Source: Candidatus Omnitrophota bacterium (lineage in GTDB: Bacteria > Omnitrophota > Gorgyraeia > Zapsychrales > JANLHA01). From it: a stretch of 32,000 bases of DNA. The first letter of the stretch is position 1, and each line of letters begins with the position of its first letter. The stretch is from contig OY759724.1 of the NCBI GenBank assembly GCA_963662715.1, positions 660,001-692,000 of the forward strand. Reading direction: 5' to 3'. Position numbers and translations under genes: made by a program. Shown here one piece after another: positions 15,646 to 25,143 of this stretch. A model generated the notes under the pieces. That model ran no database searches. It saw only the letters and a program-made list of their open reading frames with translations, and had not been told where the DNA came from.

Positions 15646-16449
15646 CTATGAAAAGGTAATTCTCTGAATATTCTTGATATTATACCCCAGAAACCGTTTA
15701 GCGAGTTTCTGAAAATGTTCCGGCTGATCGCTTACCAGGAATTCATAACGGGGCACCCGTTTTGGGGTCCTGAGTCCCTGACGGCTGTTCAAAAGCTCTT
15801 TGACGCGCTTGCTGACTTCCATGGCAGAATCTATGAGCGCCACCTGGTTCCCCAGGACATTCTTAATGACGGATTTCAGCAAAGGGTAATGCGTGCATCC
15901 CAGAATAAGCGTGTCCGCCCGGGACTTTTTGATCTTATTGAGATATTCCTCGGCAATGCTTCGGGTCACATCTTTATGAAACCAGCCTTCTTCCACCAAA
16001 GGGACAAATAAAGGACACGGCTGGCTGATCACCGTGATCAGCGGATCCCGGGCATTGATTTGTTTGGCATAAGACTGGCTATGAATCGTTGCCTGCGTTG
16101 CGATAACTCCGACCTTTTTATTTCTTGTCACCCGGACAGCCCGGTCCACCCCCGGCTCTATGACGCCGACAATAGGGACCGGGAACTTCCGGCAAAGACT
16201 TTCCAGGGCATAACTGGAGGAAGAATTGCAGGCCACCACAATCATTTTAACTTTATATTTCGACAACATGGCGGCGTTTTCCAACGAAAACTTCACGATA
16301 GAATCCCTGGATTTCGTACCGTAGGGCACTCTTGCCGTGTCCCCCAAATAGACGATATCTTCATAAGGAAGGTGACGCATCATCATCTTCATAACCGTCA
16401 GTCCTCCCAATCCTGAATCAAATACCCCTATAGGTTGTCTTTTGTCCAT
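15646..16449 (-). CDS. murI: Glutamate racemase
   Basis: IGVFDSGLGGLTV, catalytic Cys motifs VVACNSSS and LGCTHYPLL. Confidence 0.95.
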   Translation of the reverse strand: MDKRQPIGVFDSGLGGLTVMKMMMRHLPYEDIVYLGDTARVPYGTKSRDSIVKFSLENAAMLSKYKVKMIVVACNSSSSYALESLCRKFPVPIVGVIEPGVDRAVRVTRNKKVGVIATQATIHSQSYAKQINARDPLITVISQPCPLFVPLVEEGWFHKDVTRSIAEEYLNKIKKSRADTLILGCTHYPLLKSVIKNVLGNQVALIDSAMEVSKRVKELLNSRQGLRTPKRVPRYEFLVSDQPEHFQKLAKRFLGYNIKNIQRITFS

Positions 16450-16536
16450 CTTTCTTCTACCTTATATGGCTTGTTTATTTTCACGGCAGGCATTGTGCTG
16501 CCCCCTTGGGGCGCGGAATCCCCAGAAGCCCCCTTA

Positions 16537-17661
16537 TCAAAACCGCCGGTGATCTACGTACTCCTTTATGCCTTTAGATATTCCATCGGCAAGACTTTGT
16601 CGGTACTGGGGGGAATTAAGCGATCGTTCCTCCCGGGAATTAGAAAGGAATCCCACTTCAATTAAAACAGCCGGCATCAAAGTATTCCGTAACACGAAAA
16701 ACCCTGCCCTGAATACCCCACGGTTTTTCGCGCGTGTTTCTCTTTCAAGCCTTTCAGAAAGCAGAACAGCTAATGAATTTGACGCCGAAGCTTTATGCTG
16801 AAAAAGCATGTCCGAAACAATAGCTTCTACCGCGTCATCTTTTCTTTGCAGAGATAATTGCTTGAAAAAGATATCATGATTTCTTTCCCTTTGGGGATCC
16901 TTTTTCTCTTTCCACTCAAGATCCCTGAGGAAGTACACTTCCAGTCCGGAAGGCCTGCGGGACGTGCTGGAATTCGCATGGATACTAATAAACAAATCCG
17001 CCCCGTACTGACTGGCCAGCTCCGTACGCTTCTCCAAAGAAATAAATTGATCGTTCGTACGGGTCATTTTCACATCATAATGATACTCTTTCAAATTATT
17101 CCTTACTCTTTTCGCGATATCAAGGACAACGTCTTTTTCATACGTTCCCGTCACTCCGATAGCCCCGGGGTCTTTTCCCCCATGCCCCGCGTCTATAACG
17201 ATGCGATAAGACCTGAAGAAATCATCGGCCGTACGGTCCAACAATTCCAAAACAACTTTTCTGCGGAAGTCGGGAGGGACGATAATTCTTCCCCTCAGAC
17301 GCTTAAGCGGCCTGCTCAAATAGACTTTCTTCTGATTGACAACCACAACCTCGCTGCCGACCAGTCCTTTTGCCGATAAGGAGCCTTTACTTAACGTGAC
17401 AGCTTGCGATACGCTGTCCCAGTACCAGTTGATGTCATATTGTTCACATAACTCCTTTAAAGACGTTGTTTCCCTTGGTGTCTGGACAGACACACATCCC
17501 GGCAGCAGGAAAAGAAGACACAGAACAAAAGCACATTTATGTCTTATAGCAAAAATGGGAAAGCCTCCTTTTATTGAAGACGTCCGGATATAATTGAATA
17601 TCATTATACGTTTGCCGGTCAAGACAAACAAGAAAAATAAGCAAAAACCCCAATATTTCAT
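16537..17661 (-). CDS. N-acetylmuramoyl-L-alanine amidase (Amidase_3 family), probable lipoprotein
   Basis: IVIDAGHGGKDPGAIG, EKDVVLDIAKRV, LFISIHANS, GFLSN. Lipobox-like LLPGC in the N-terminal region. The start (17661, or an internal Met) is uncertain. Confidence 0.9.
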   Translation of the reverse strand: MKYWGFCLFFLFVLTGKRIMIFNYIRTSSIKGGFPIFAIRHKCAFVLCLLFLLPGCVSVQTPRETTSLKELCEQYDINWYWDSVSQAVTLSKGSLSAKGLVGSEVVVVNQKKVYLSRPLKRLRGRIIVPPDFRRKVVLELLDRTADDFFRSYRIVIDAGHGGKDPGAIGVTGTYEKDVVLDIAKRVRNNLKEYHYDVKMTRTNDQFISLEKRTELASQYGADLFISIHANSSTSRRPSGLEVYFLRDLEWKEKKDPQRERNHDIFFKQLSLQRKDDAVEAIVSDMLFQHKASASNSLAVLLSERLERETRAKNRGVFRAGFFVLRNTLMPAVLIEVGFLSNSREERSLNSPQYRQSLADGISKGIKEYVDHRRF

Positions 17662-17804
17662 GACGACGTCATGTCCTTTTGCTGCATCTTAACGAAAACA
17701 CAGGCTGTCATCCCGCGCCCACAGGTGCGGGCAGACACGACCGGGAATTATTTTCCTCCTGTAAATGATCTTTGTACGCGGGCGGGGTCAAAAAAATCAT
17801 TTGG

Positions 17805-19586
17805 TTAAAAGGACCCCCCGGACATGATATCCGAGGACACATCCCCTGTTATAAGTTTCGGGGTCAAAAATATAACAATTTCCGTCTTTCTCGATAACAG
17901 ATCTCTATTCCGGAACGCCATACCGACAAGAGGCACATCCCCCAGAACAGGGACTTTATTTTCAGAGTTAATTTTCTCATCTTTAATAAGCCCGCCGATG
18001 ACGATGGTAACGCCGTTCTTAACCATCACCACGGTTTCTGCTTCAGAGGTTTCCACAACAGGAATCGTGTTATTATTACTGGTCGTCAAAGTCCGGGTCA
18101 CCGAACTCACCTCCGGACGGATCTTCATGGTAATAAATTCGTCCCTGTGAATCGTGGGCGTGACGTAAAGCTTAATCCCGACATCAATAAAACTGATGCT
18201 TTCGGCTGTCGTCGTAGGGCCACTGGCCGGGGTCGTTGTCGTCGTTGTCACATACGGTTCCTGGGACCCGACAAGAATCCTCGCCTCCTGATTATTTACG
18301 GCCGTGATTCTCGGAGAAGACAAAATATTTGTTTCTCCCGTGCTCTCCAACGCTTCCAGGAGAGCAGTATAGTCGTCCGTGTCCAAGGTCCCGATTGTGA
18401 TCGTCCCGCCCTTATCGGAACTGTTGAGAATACTGAAGTCCCCCTTGATATTCATGTCATGGTAATCCCGGACAATCGCCTCCCAGTCGACCCCGAATTT
18501 CTGTTCCTCGCTCAAGACGACCTGCAGAATTTTCGCTTCAATGAGAACCTGTGATTCCTGGACATCGAAGGATTCCACGATTCTATCCACCTCTTCAATG
18601 GCGACGGCGGTATCCCGGACAATGACCTTATTGGACCTCGTATCAAATTTGATCTGCCCGACATTTTTCGTTAACACCTCACTGATTTTCTGGGACAGGT
18701 CCTCCGCCTTGGCATAGCTTAACTCATAGACTTTTGTTTCCACCGGCGTATCTATTTTATTGACCAAAGCTTCCATATCAGCGATGACATCAGGAGAGTC
18801 CGAGATGACAATAATATTGGACTTGGCGTCGAAAATGATTTTCCCCAGGTAGCTCTTCATCTGAGTCAAAAGGGTGACAACATCCTGAGCGTCGGCATAA
18901 ATGATCTGCAGAATTTTTGATTCAAGGGCCCCGCCGAATTTATAACCATAGCGTTTTTCAAATTCGGGGGCCGTCATAACATGGATGATGCCCTCATTCT
19001 CTTTATAAGCTAATCCATTCGAATCCAGGATGATCCGTAAAGCATCTTCCCAGTAAACATCCTTCAGGTAAATTGTCACCGTCCCGTTCACACCTTTTCC
19101 TGCGATAATATTCTCCCCGCTTTTCTGAGCAATCAATTTTAAAACGTCCGTAATATCAACGTTTTTCATCTGCAACACATCGATCAACCCGGAACGAGAT
19201 ACGTCTGTGCCTGAAGATGTCCGGCCGGGAGGGGACTCCCCGTTATTCCGGGGGACGAGAGCGGTAGGAAGTTCCTCGTCCAAAGACTCCGCCAAAAAAT
19301 CCGTCACAACAATGTTCTGCGGGTCCTTATATAATTCCTGTCTGACAATGGAACTGATCATCGTTACCGTATTGTCCGTATCCCGGACAACCTGAGAGGT
19401 GTTAGAAACGGACCGCTCTTCCCGCAGGTCATTCCGCTGTCCGTCATAACTGTCAAGAGCCTGGCGAATCATCTCTTCCCGGTCCTGCGTCAATCCTTTG
19501 GAAACCGGGGAACAAAGGGCCATGACGACGGCAAAAACAACCCCCCGGAACATATTTCGTCTCATCAGCTGTATTCTTTCATTCAT
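17805..19586 (-). CDS. Secretin (GspD/PilQ family) outer-membrane channel
   Basis: Three N-domain-like repeats, then a secretin domain (LSSPRITAVNNQEARILVG...VPVLGDVPLVGMAFRNRD...IVIFLTPKLI). Start chosen at ATG 19586 (GGAGG 11 nt upstream, signal peptide MRRNMFRGVVFAVVMALC). The track start at 19649 would overlap the upstream gene by 38 nt. Confidence 0.9.
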   Translation of the reverse strand: MNERIQLMRRNMFRGVVFAVVMALCSPVSKGLTQDREEMIRQALDSYDGQRNDLREERSVSNTSQVVRDTDNTVTMISSIVRQELYKDPQNIVVTDFLAESLDEELPTALVPRNNGESPPGRTSSGTDVSRSGLIDVLQMKNVDITDVLKLIAQKSGENIIAGKGVNGTVTIYLKDVYWEDALRIILDSNGLAYKENEGIIHVMTAPEFEKRYGYKFGGALESKILQIIYADAQDVVTLLTQMKSYLGKIIFDAKSNIIVISDSPDVIADMEALVNKIDTPVETKVYELSYAKAEDLSQKISEVLTKNVGQIKFDTRSNKVIVRDTAVAIEEVDRIVESFDVQESQVLIEAKILQVVLSEEQKFGVDWEAIVRDYHDMNIKGDFSILNSSDKGGTITIGTLDTDDYTALLEALESTGETNILSSPRITAVNNQEARILVGSQEPYVTTTTTTPASGPTTTAESISFIDVGIKLYVTPTIHRDEFITMKIRPEVSSVTRTLTTSNNNTIPVVETSEAETVVMVKNGVTIVIGGLIKDEKINSENKVPVLGDVPLVGMAFRNRDLLSRKTEIVIFLTPKLITGDVSSDIMSGGSF

Positions 19587-19611
19587 AACGGCATACGCCT
19601 CCCTCAATATT

Positions 19612-20217
19612 CTATTTGTCCTCCAGCAATAATTCAACAGGGGAATCATGAATCATAATAACCACCTTATTTTCCTGAATGTCCTGTAATGTGCCTTTCC
19701 CAATGCTGTCTCCCCGGGAAAAAAAAGATGTTTGCTTATCCGCTGTATCTTCTATAATCGCCAAAGGGTGCTGGTCCATAACAATGCCTAAAAGCCGGAA
19801 ATGAGACACATCCGCCTGCTGTTCCGTAAGAATTACTGCGGCCTTTCTTTGCGGAACGGCTTTTGCGGGTTCTTTCCTGTAAGGGATAATAAAAACATCT
19901 CTTTCCCCAAAAATCCTGGAATATTCGTCAAAAGAAACAGATATTTCGGGCTGCAGAAACGCCTCGGAACGGATATTTTTTCCCGGCATCTGAGCTAAGG
20001 AAAGCCCTAACGGGACCGCCGGGGAAAAATACAGCCTCGTGACGATAAATATCGTCAAAAGAACAGAAAAAAACAATAAAATGTTCGTGATCTTCTTGTA
20101 CGAATACCGGACGTCCATATCTCTCCGCGCCTCATTTCTTCTGACGGATTTCTCCACCCCCCGGCATCCGGGCCGGGCAGAGAGCCTGTCGGAAATGCTC
20201 AAGCAGTACTCTGGCAT
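19612..20217 (-). CDS. PilP / GspC-HR-like bitopic protein (start uncertain; ATG 20118 is an alternative)
   Basis: One TM (ILLFFSVLLTIFIV). The C-terminal segment LLGIVMDQHPLAIIEDTADKQTSFFSRGDSIGKGTLQDIQENKVVIMIHDSPVELLL fits the PilP/GspC homology-region pattern. It sits immediately upstream of the secretin. Confidence 0.45.
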   Translation of the reverse strand: MPEYCLSISDRLSARPGCRGVEKSVRRNEARRDMDVRYSYKKITNILLFFSVLLTIFIVTRLYFSPAVPLGLSLAQMPGKNIRSEAFLQPEISVSFDEYSRIFGERDVFIIPYRKEPAKAVPQRKAAVILTEQQADVSHFRLLGIVMDQHPLAIIEDTADKQTSFFSRGDSIGKGTLQDIQENKVVIMIHDSPVELLLEDK

Positions 20218-20301
20218 AAGAGCCCTGTCATGTCAAATCAAAAATATAAGCCCCATAATTTATTCTCACCGACCTCTGCCTCTTGAATCCCGGGCGTGCC
20301 T

Positions 20302-20832
20302 TTAAGGGATCAAAACCTTGGTGAGGCGAAAACGGCAGCGGAGCTCATTCGTCCGCTGGGATTTTCTGCTGATATCCGCCTCATCAACAAAATAGTCATA
20401 CGGCGATTTCTGCAATATGAAAATAAATTCCATGACTTTAATAAAATCCCCTTCCAAGACCAAACTGACAGAAAATTCCTTATAATGGTTCAATCCTTTA
20501 GGCTTGTTCGGTTTCAGGTCGGCAATATTCAGATTATTACTGGCAGCCGTTGATTCAATCTCGGTCAGGACACTCGACATCACTTCTCCGTCCGACTGTT
20601 TTTGCCGGTAACTGTCCAGCCATTGACGGTATTTCTGCTGAACAGCCTTACTTTTATGAATCGTACGGGAGGCGCTGAGCCATTCCTTTTGCGAATTCTG
20701 AATTTGCTTATCCAGCCATTCCGATCTTTCTTTTATGGGCGTATAAACAAAATTATTCAAGACATATACGCCGATAACCCCAAGACAGACAATAAAGACA
20801 TTTCTTTCCCTGCGGCTAAAATGAGTTGTCAT
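20302..20832 (-). CDS. PilO / GspM-like bitopic assembly protein
   Basis: Short cytoplasmic N-terminus, TM (VFIVCLGVIGVYVL), coiled segment, then a small C-terminal domain. ATG 20832 overlaps the upstream stop (TAATG). Confidence 0.55.
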   Translation of the reverse strand: MTTHFSRRERNVFIVCLGVIGVYVLNNFVYTPIKERSEWLDKQIQNSQKEWLSASRTIHKSKAVQQKYRQWLDSYRQKQSDGEVMSSVLTEIESTAASNNLNIADLKPNKPKGLNHYKEFSVSLVLEGDFIKVMEFIFILQKSPYDYFVDEADISRKSQRTNELRCRFRLTKVLIP

Positions 20833-22274
20833 TACGGCGCCACGCTTTCCTTGTGAGATAATTGACATACAATCTTAAACTCGACATATTCCTCTTTAAA
20901 CCTTTTCCTTTCCGTGGCATATTCTAAAGCGACCTTTTGAAATATTGCGGAATCCACCAGATTATTATGAAACTGGTTCACGGAACTTCTCGACTCTCCA
21001 AAACCGAGCAGAATAATCGTCCCCTGATGATCCAGCTGCAGCGATCGGAGAGAAATGGGTTCGGGGACCTGAAGAAAAAGTCTTTTAATAATTTCAACGA
21101 GGATCGTGCGGTCCTGAATTTTATCTTTCAAGAACTCGATTGATTGAATCGTCTCTTCCGCCTTCCTCACGTCAGGCTGTATGGCCTTGATTTCTGCTTT
21201 CATTGCAGCTAATTGTCGGCCTTTCTGATAATTATCAAGATTGAAAGCCACCCACAACAAAATGCACGCGCTTGTCAGGACAGCCCAGAACTTAAACAAT
21301 TCTTTCCTTTTCACCTTTGAAGACTTGCTCTGGATAATCTCCGCGGGAATAAGATTCATGCCCTCGAAGACCGGCAGGCCGAGACACCCGAGGCTTGCTG
21401 TAAAGGATAAATCTTCCTGATCCGTAAATTGCGGCTGACGGTCTTTCTTCTGCCGCATAGATATCCCGCGGGGAGAAATCACTTCCACCCCGGGGATTCC
21501 TGATGTTTCCAGCTGCCGTTGCAAAGAAACGACGGGCCGGTCAGAAAGGATATAAAAACGGGATAAAGCACTCCCCATGCGTTCTCTCGCGTACGTTTCG
21601 ACAGTCATCTGAATCTGTTGCAGATAATCCCCCCCGCCGCCTTTCAGGATATCCTGATGACCGAAAGGCAGGTAACGGGAAAAAAGCAACCGGTCCCCTT
21701 GCACGATACAAAGTTCCGAACAGGAACGGTCAATATCAAGGATAATGACGGCATCATTTTTGTGTTGAACTCGCGCAAGGATATTGGCTCTGTACCAGGA
21801 AAGGATTCCTATGGATGTCAGGACGACATTTTGACAGGAGAGGTGCGCAGACGAGAGCACGTTCAAATATCTTTCTACGATCTCCTTCTGGACAATCTGC
21901 ACAAGGATTTTAGAGTAGCCTTGCGCATCCTGGCCGACAATGGCATGACAATAGACGATATCCTCCCGGGCAAAAGGGATCTGCTGATGTATTTGCAAAT
22001 CGAGCATACGCTGAATCTCCGCTGGAGAATCTGACGGCAGCGACATCAACTTTACCGTCACAAAACGCCGGGGGATCACGAGGATAAGCCGCCCGCCCTT
22101 GCTGTGCGTCCCGGCGCCTTCCTTAACAATGGCCGGCAGTTCTTCCGGCGTTGTTTCTGTTATATCCTTTACAAAAGACCGGAAAACTACCGGGAGACCG
22201 CGCTGTATTCTTGCCTGCAGGATCTTGACCTGACCGTCGGTAATTTCAAACGTGCTTCTGTATTTGTCTTTCAT
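20832..22274 (-). CDS. PilM-PilN fusion (GspL-like): actin-like cytoplasmic domain, TM, PilN-like periplasmic domain
   Basis: PilM-like N-terminal 330 aa (VKILQARI..., LILVIPRRFVTVKLMSLP...AEIQRMLDLQIHQQIPF...). TM is FWAVLTSACILLWVAF. A coiled coil and PilN-like end follow (ISLRSLQLDHQGTIILLGFGES...VNQFHNNL). The first ATG is 22274; the track start at 22307 is a TTG. Confidence 0.7.
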   Translation of the reverse strand: MKDKYRSTFEITDGQVKILQARIQRGLPVVFRSFVKDITETTPEELPAIVKEGAGTHSKGGRLILVIPRRFVTVKLMSLPSDSPAEIQRMLDLQIHQQIPFAREDIVYCHAIVGQDAQGYSKILVQIVQKEIVERYLNVLSSAHLSCQNVVLTSIGILSWYRANILARVQHKNDAVIILDIDRSCSELCIVQGDRLLFSRYLPFGHQDILKGGGGDYLQQIQMTVETYARERMGSALSRFYILSDRPVVSLQRQLETSGIPGVEVISPRGISMRQKKDRQPQFTDQEDLSFTASLGCLGLPVFEGMNLIPAEIIQSKSSKVKRKELFKFWAVLTSACILLWVAFNLDNYQKGRQLAAMKAEIKAIQPDVRKAEETIQSIEFLKDKIQDRTILVEIIKRLFLQVPEPISLRSLQLDHQGTIILLGFGESRSSVNQFHNNLVDSAIFQKVALEYATERKRFKEEYVEFKIVCQLSHKESVAP

Positions 22275-22291
22275 GATGTCTCTTTCAGTCC

Positions 22292-23407
22292 TCAGCTTCT
22301 TTTCCAATAGACAATGGAAAAATTATCCCGGAAAACAACGGCCTCTATATTAGAATGAACGGCCGATGAACCATATCCCCCATCAACGTAAATACGGAAA
22401 TAGCTGGAAATCTTTGTGCGGCTTTGCAGCATTTTCAGGGCAATAATTCTCTCTTCGCTGTTTAAAGCCAACTGGCCGACATCAATAATTTTGTCGTCAG
22501 CCGTCCCTAACTGCCCGTCGTCCCCTTTTCGGTAGTCGCATATTTTTTCTACAACACCGTCCGCGTCCTCCAGCTCCGTGTTCGTCTGGCTTCCCGTCAA
22601 GGACCTGGCCAGAGCCGTGAGAACCGGGCGCGAGGCGGTATCCATATTCACCTGAAACCTGCCGGCCGGGGGATAAACGGTCACATAATCTTTAATTTTT
22701 TTAAAAATATCCTCGGTCATGCCTTTGACCAAACGAAGTTCATCGACACTTTCAAAGGCGTAATTCTTACAGTGTCGTGGCGGGCTCTGATTGCTGTAAA
22801 AATCCTCTTCCGCGCCGTAAGGGGCGTTGAACGTCGTTTCATCCCCATCAACCCAATCGACAACAGAAGCCGCAACGATATCCGCGGCCTCCTCTTCAAA
22901 ACCAAAATATATCACAAGATATTTTAAAATCTGGTAATTTTGTGAAGTCAGCAGATTAACGTTTATCCGGCTTTCCTCATCTTCAAATCCGAAGAAAACC
23001 TGCCTCTCCTCATCCTTCATTTTCATAAATTTAACGTCAAAAAATCCGTCTCCCAACGGGACATTGCGGAAAAGCTCCTCCGGCTGCTGTTTGTCCTCCA
23101 GAACAATACCGCACTGATAAAGAGTATCAAACGTCCGCGTCTCAGAATTCAAGCTGTCTTTTTGAAGCTGGGCCATCGCATACATCAATCCGGCCAGGGC
23201 CGCGTGTTTCGTCCTAAACTTTTCCCTCTGATGCTTTGTTAAAGCCAATTCCACACTGGCCTGCCGGCTTATCCCCATGATTAAGACAGAAAGAATGGCT
23301 ACGATCCAAAGCACGACAATAAGCATGACCCCGGACCGGTCCTTCAGCCGGACCGGTTTTTTCTTTGTTAAAATATCTGTCATCATTGCGTTCTCCGGTG
23401 ACATCAT
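22292..23407 (-). CDS. gspK: Minor pseudopilin GspK-like
   Basis: SGVMLIVVLWIVAILSVLIMG N-terminal helix without Glu5. C-terminal helix-hairpin-helix-like SVDELRLVKGMTEDIFKKIKDYVTVYP. ATG 23407 overlaps the upstream stop (ATGA). Confidence 0.8.
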   Translation of the reverse strand: MMSPENAMMTDILTKKKPVRLKDRSGVMLIVVLWIVAILSVLIMGISRQASVELALTKHQREKFRTKHAALAGLMYAMAQLQKDSLNSETRTFDTLYQCGIVLEDKQQPEELFRNVPLGDGFFDVKFMKMKDEERQVFFGFEDEESRINVNLLTSQNYQILKYLVIYFGFEEEAADIVAASVVDWVDGDETTFNAPYGAEEDFYSNQSPPRHCKNYAFESVDELRLVKGMTEDIFKKIKDYVTVYPPAGRFQVNMDTASRPVLTALARSLTGSQTNTELEDADGVVEKICDYRKGDDGQLGTADDKIIDVGQLALNSEERIIALKMLQSRTKISSYFRIYVDGGYGSSAVHSNIEAVVFRDNFSIVYWKRS

Positions 23408-24207
23408 TTCCAAAGCCCTAACGGGACAAGAATATCTTTCTGCAACGCCAAAATATCTTCGGAATCCTGGGGATTCACGAGGACCATTTCCACTCTGATC
23501 AGAGACGGATGCTCAGTTTTTTTCCACGCCGTCTCCCAGCCGACATCATCCCCGGCAGCCCCTCTAGCGACATGCGCATAAGAGAACTTCAAGCTCCCCT
23601 CCTGAACATAACGGTTCAGGATCTCAAGCTCCTCTCCTAATTGCGATTCTTCCGAATCCCCCTCTTCGGAAGGAAAAAGTTTTTCCTCCCTGACAAGATA
23701 TTGCAGGCGTTCTCCGTCGTCCGTCTGCGTTAACGTTATCGGGGTATTCCGGGAAGAAGAACTGCCGACAATAACTTTATGCACGACCCCGTAATCCGGA
23801 TCCATTAAAAAATACCGCACTTCTTTCAGCCCGTCTTCCGTGGGGCGGAGCAATGTCAGCCGGGAAGCTTCTCCACAAAAAAAATCATCAGCATCCTCCC
23901 CCCCGTTTCCCTTTTGATGATAGGGCACCATACTTTCAACATCCAGGGCGAGCACATCCAAAGACCAAAAGGCCGACCGGTTGAGTTGTTCCAATCTCCG
24001 GGTCTTCTTTTGAATCTGTATGGCGCTTGCATAGGTGCCATACAGGCTTCCGGCAATAATGGAGACCATCCCTAAAGCCAACAGGATTTCCACTAAAGTA
24101 AAACCGAACGCATACGCGGGCCCGGAGAAGGCTCCGCCGGCCTTTCCCGGCCCTCTGTTTTTCCGGCAGGCGATTTCACATCCGTTTTTCATAACATCAC
24201 GTGGCAT
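23404..24207 (-). CDS. GspJ-like minor pseudopilin with long leader
   Basis: Class III signal motif G/FTLVEILLALGMVSIIAG. Possible starts are ATG 24207 or 24192. Size and position between the I-like and K-like genes fit GspJ. Confidence 0.6.
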   Translation of the reverse strand: MPRDVMKNGCEIACRKNRGPGKAGGAFSGPAYAFGFTLVEILLALGMVSIIAGSLYGTYASAIQIQKKTRRLEQLNRSAFWSLDVLALDVESMVPYHQKGNGGEDADDFFCGEASRLTLLRPTEDGLKEVRYFLMDPDYGVVHKVIVGSSSSRNTPITLTQTDDGERLQYLVREEKLFPSEEGDSEESQLGEELEILNRYVQEGSLKFSYAHVARGAAGDDVGWETAWKKTEHPSLIRVEMVLVNPQDSEDILALQKDILVPLGLWK

Positions 24208-24628
24208 TAAAAACGAACCCCTGCATAGAGAAAGAACGCTTTCTCCCGCCCAACATCCACGAGACTTCAAAAAGAAACTCATTCAGCCGTTCGCCGACGC
24301 TTTCATTGGCACTCTGAGCAGATTGCAGGGCATAATGAAATTCCTCAAAAGGGTCCGGAAAGTCCCCCTCTTCCTGTTTATCCTGCTCGATACTCCCCCG
24401 GGCGAAAATACGCGACATATAATTATCCGAAATGTAAATGGCTTTCGAATAGTCACGGCTGTAAACCGTGGCCCTGTAACTCTGCGCCAAAGAATGGATA
24501 AGAAACGTCAGGCTCAGGGAAAAAACCGCGATGGCCAAAAGGACTTCCAGAAGCACAATCCCGGCGACAGAGGAAAAGACCTGAAAAGCTTTCCGTTGTT
24601 TTTTCCGAACAAAAAATTTCTTTAACAT
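24197..24628 (-). CDS. GspI-like minor pseudopilin
   Basis: 143 aa. Degenerate prepilin motif AG/IVLLEVLLAIAVFS with Glu at +5. C-terminal beta region LFEVSWMLGGRKRSFSMQGFVF. Confidence 0.6.
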   Translation of the reverse strand: MLKKFFVRKKQRKAFQVFSSVAGIVLLEVLLAIAVFSLSLTFLIHSLAQSYRATVYSRDYSKAIYISDNYMSRIFARGSIEQDKQEEGDFPDPFEEFHYALQSAQSANESVGERLNEFLFEVSWMLGGRKRSFSMQGFVFNAT

Positions 24629-24637
24629 AAACCCGCT

Positions 24638-25141
24638 CTAAGAATCCGAGGAAAAGGGCAATACTTCCACCAGCCCCCTGACCCCTTCCGTTGTTATTAA
24701 AAAACAATCCGTTTCCCGGCAGATATTGGCCTGAAATTTTTCAATTTGTCCATCAGGATAAAAGACGACGGACTCTTTGCCTGCCGTTAACTGCATATCA
24801 TCCGGGACCTCGTCCCGGCGTCCCCACGGACCTTCCAAAGCCTGAAACTGGCCGCCGTTCTCCTCCCAAGAATCGTCCGGGAAAGACTGTTCAATCCCGT
24901 ACGTCTGAAACTGGGAGTCAAAAGAGAGCCGCATTTCAATCCCGCGGGTGATCGCGGCGCTTTGCGCATAACGCATCAAATAGGCCAGTTTATAAGCCGT
25001 ATTCCGCAACTGGAGCCGCGCCAAGGACACGCTGAAATGAGGCAAGGAAACCGCTGCTATCACAGCCAACAGGACCACCACAATTAAAATTTCGATTAAA
25101 GTGAATCCTTCCTTCAACCTCCGCTCTGCCTCTTGTATCAT
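24638..25141 (-). CDS. GspH/FimT-like minor pseudopilin
   Basis: MIQEAERRLKEG/FTLIEILIVVVLLAVIAA, followed by LRNTAYKLAYLMRYAQSAAITRG, typical of the GspH family. Confidence 0.7.
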   Translation of the reverse strand: MIQEAERRLKEGFTLIEILIVVVLLAVIAAVSLPHFSVSLARLQLRNTAYKLAYLMRYAQSAAITRGIEMRLSFDSQFQTYGIEQSFPDDSWEENGGQFQALEGPWGRRDEVPDDMQLTAGKESVVFYPDGQIEKFQANICRETDCFLITTEGVRGLVEVLPFSSDS

Positions 25142-25143
25142 CT

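Noticed and set aside
16450-16536. G/C-rich segment between the amidase and murI with several short stems (ggcag/ctgcc, gggg/cccc)
   Set aside because: Stems are 4-6 bp with bulges and no U-tract, so this is not a convincing terminator or riboswitch.
17662-17804. Small upstream ORFs (a GTG-initiated 23-codon frame ending in ATGA with the amidase start), weak hairpins (cccgc/gcggg at 17712-17731; aaatgat/atcattt at 17763-17802) and an AGGAGG box in the secretin-amidase gap
   Set aside because: The SD-to-start spacing is wrong for the uORFs, the stems are short or AU-rich with long loops, and no promoter consensus was found. Nothing here can be supported without conservation data.
24035-24625. 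Long antisense ORFs (24035..24625 +, 27408..27890 +, 16858..17379 +, 21618..22034 + and others)
   Set aside because: They lie opposite well-supported genes, have R/P/G-rich or low-complexity translations and no recognisable motifs. They are the usual shadow ORFs.
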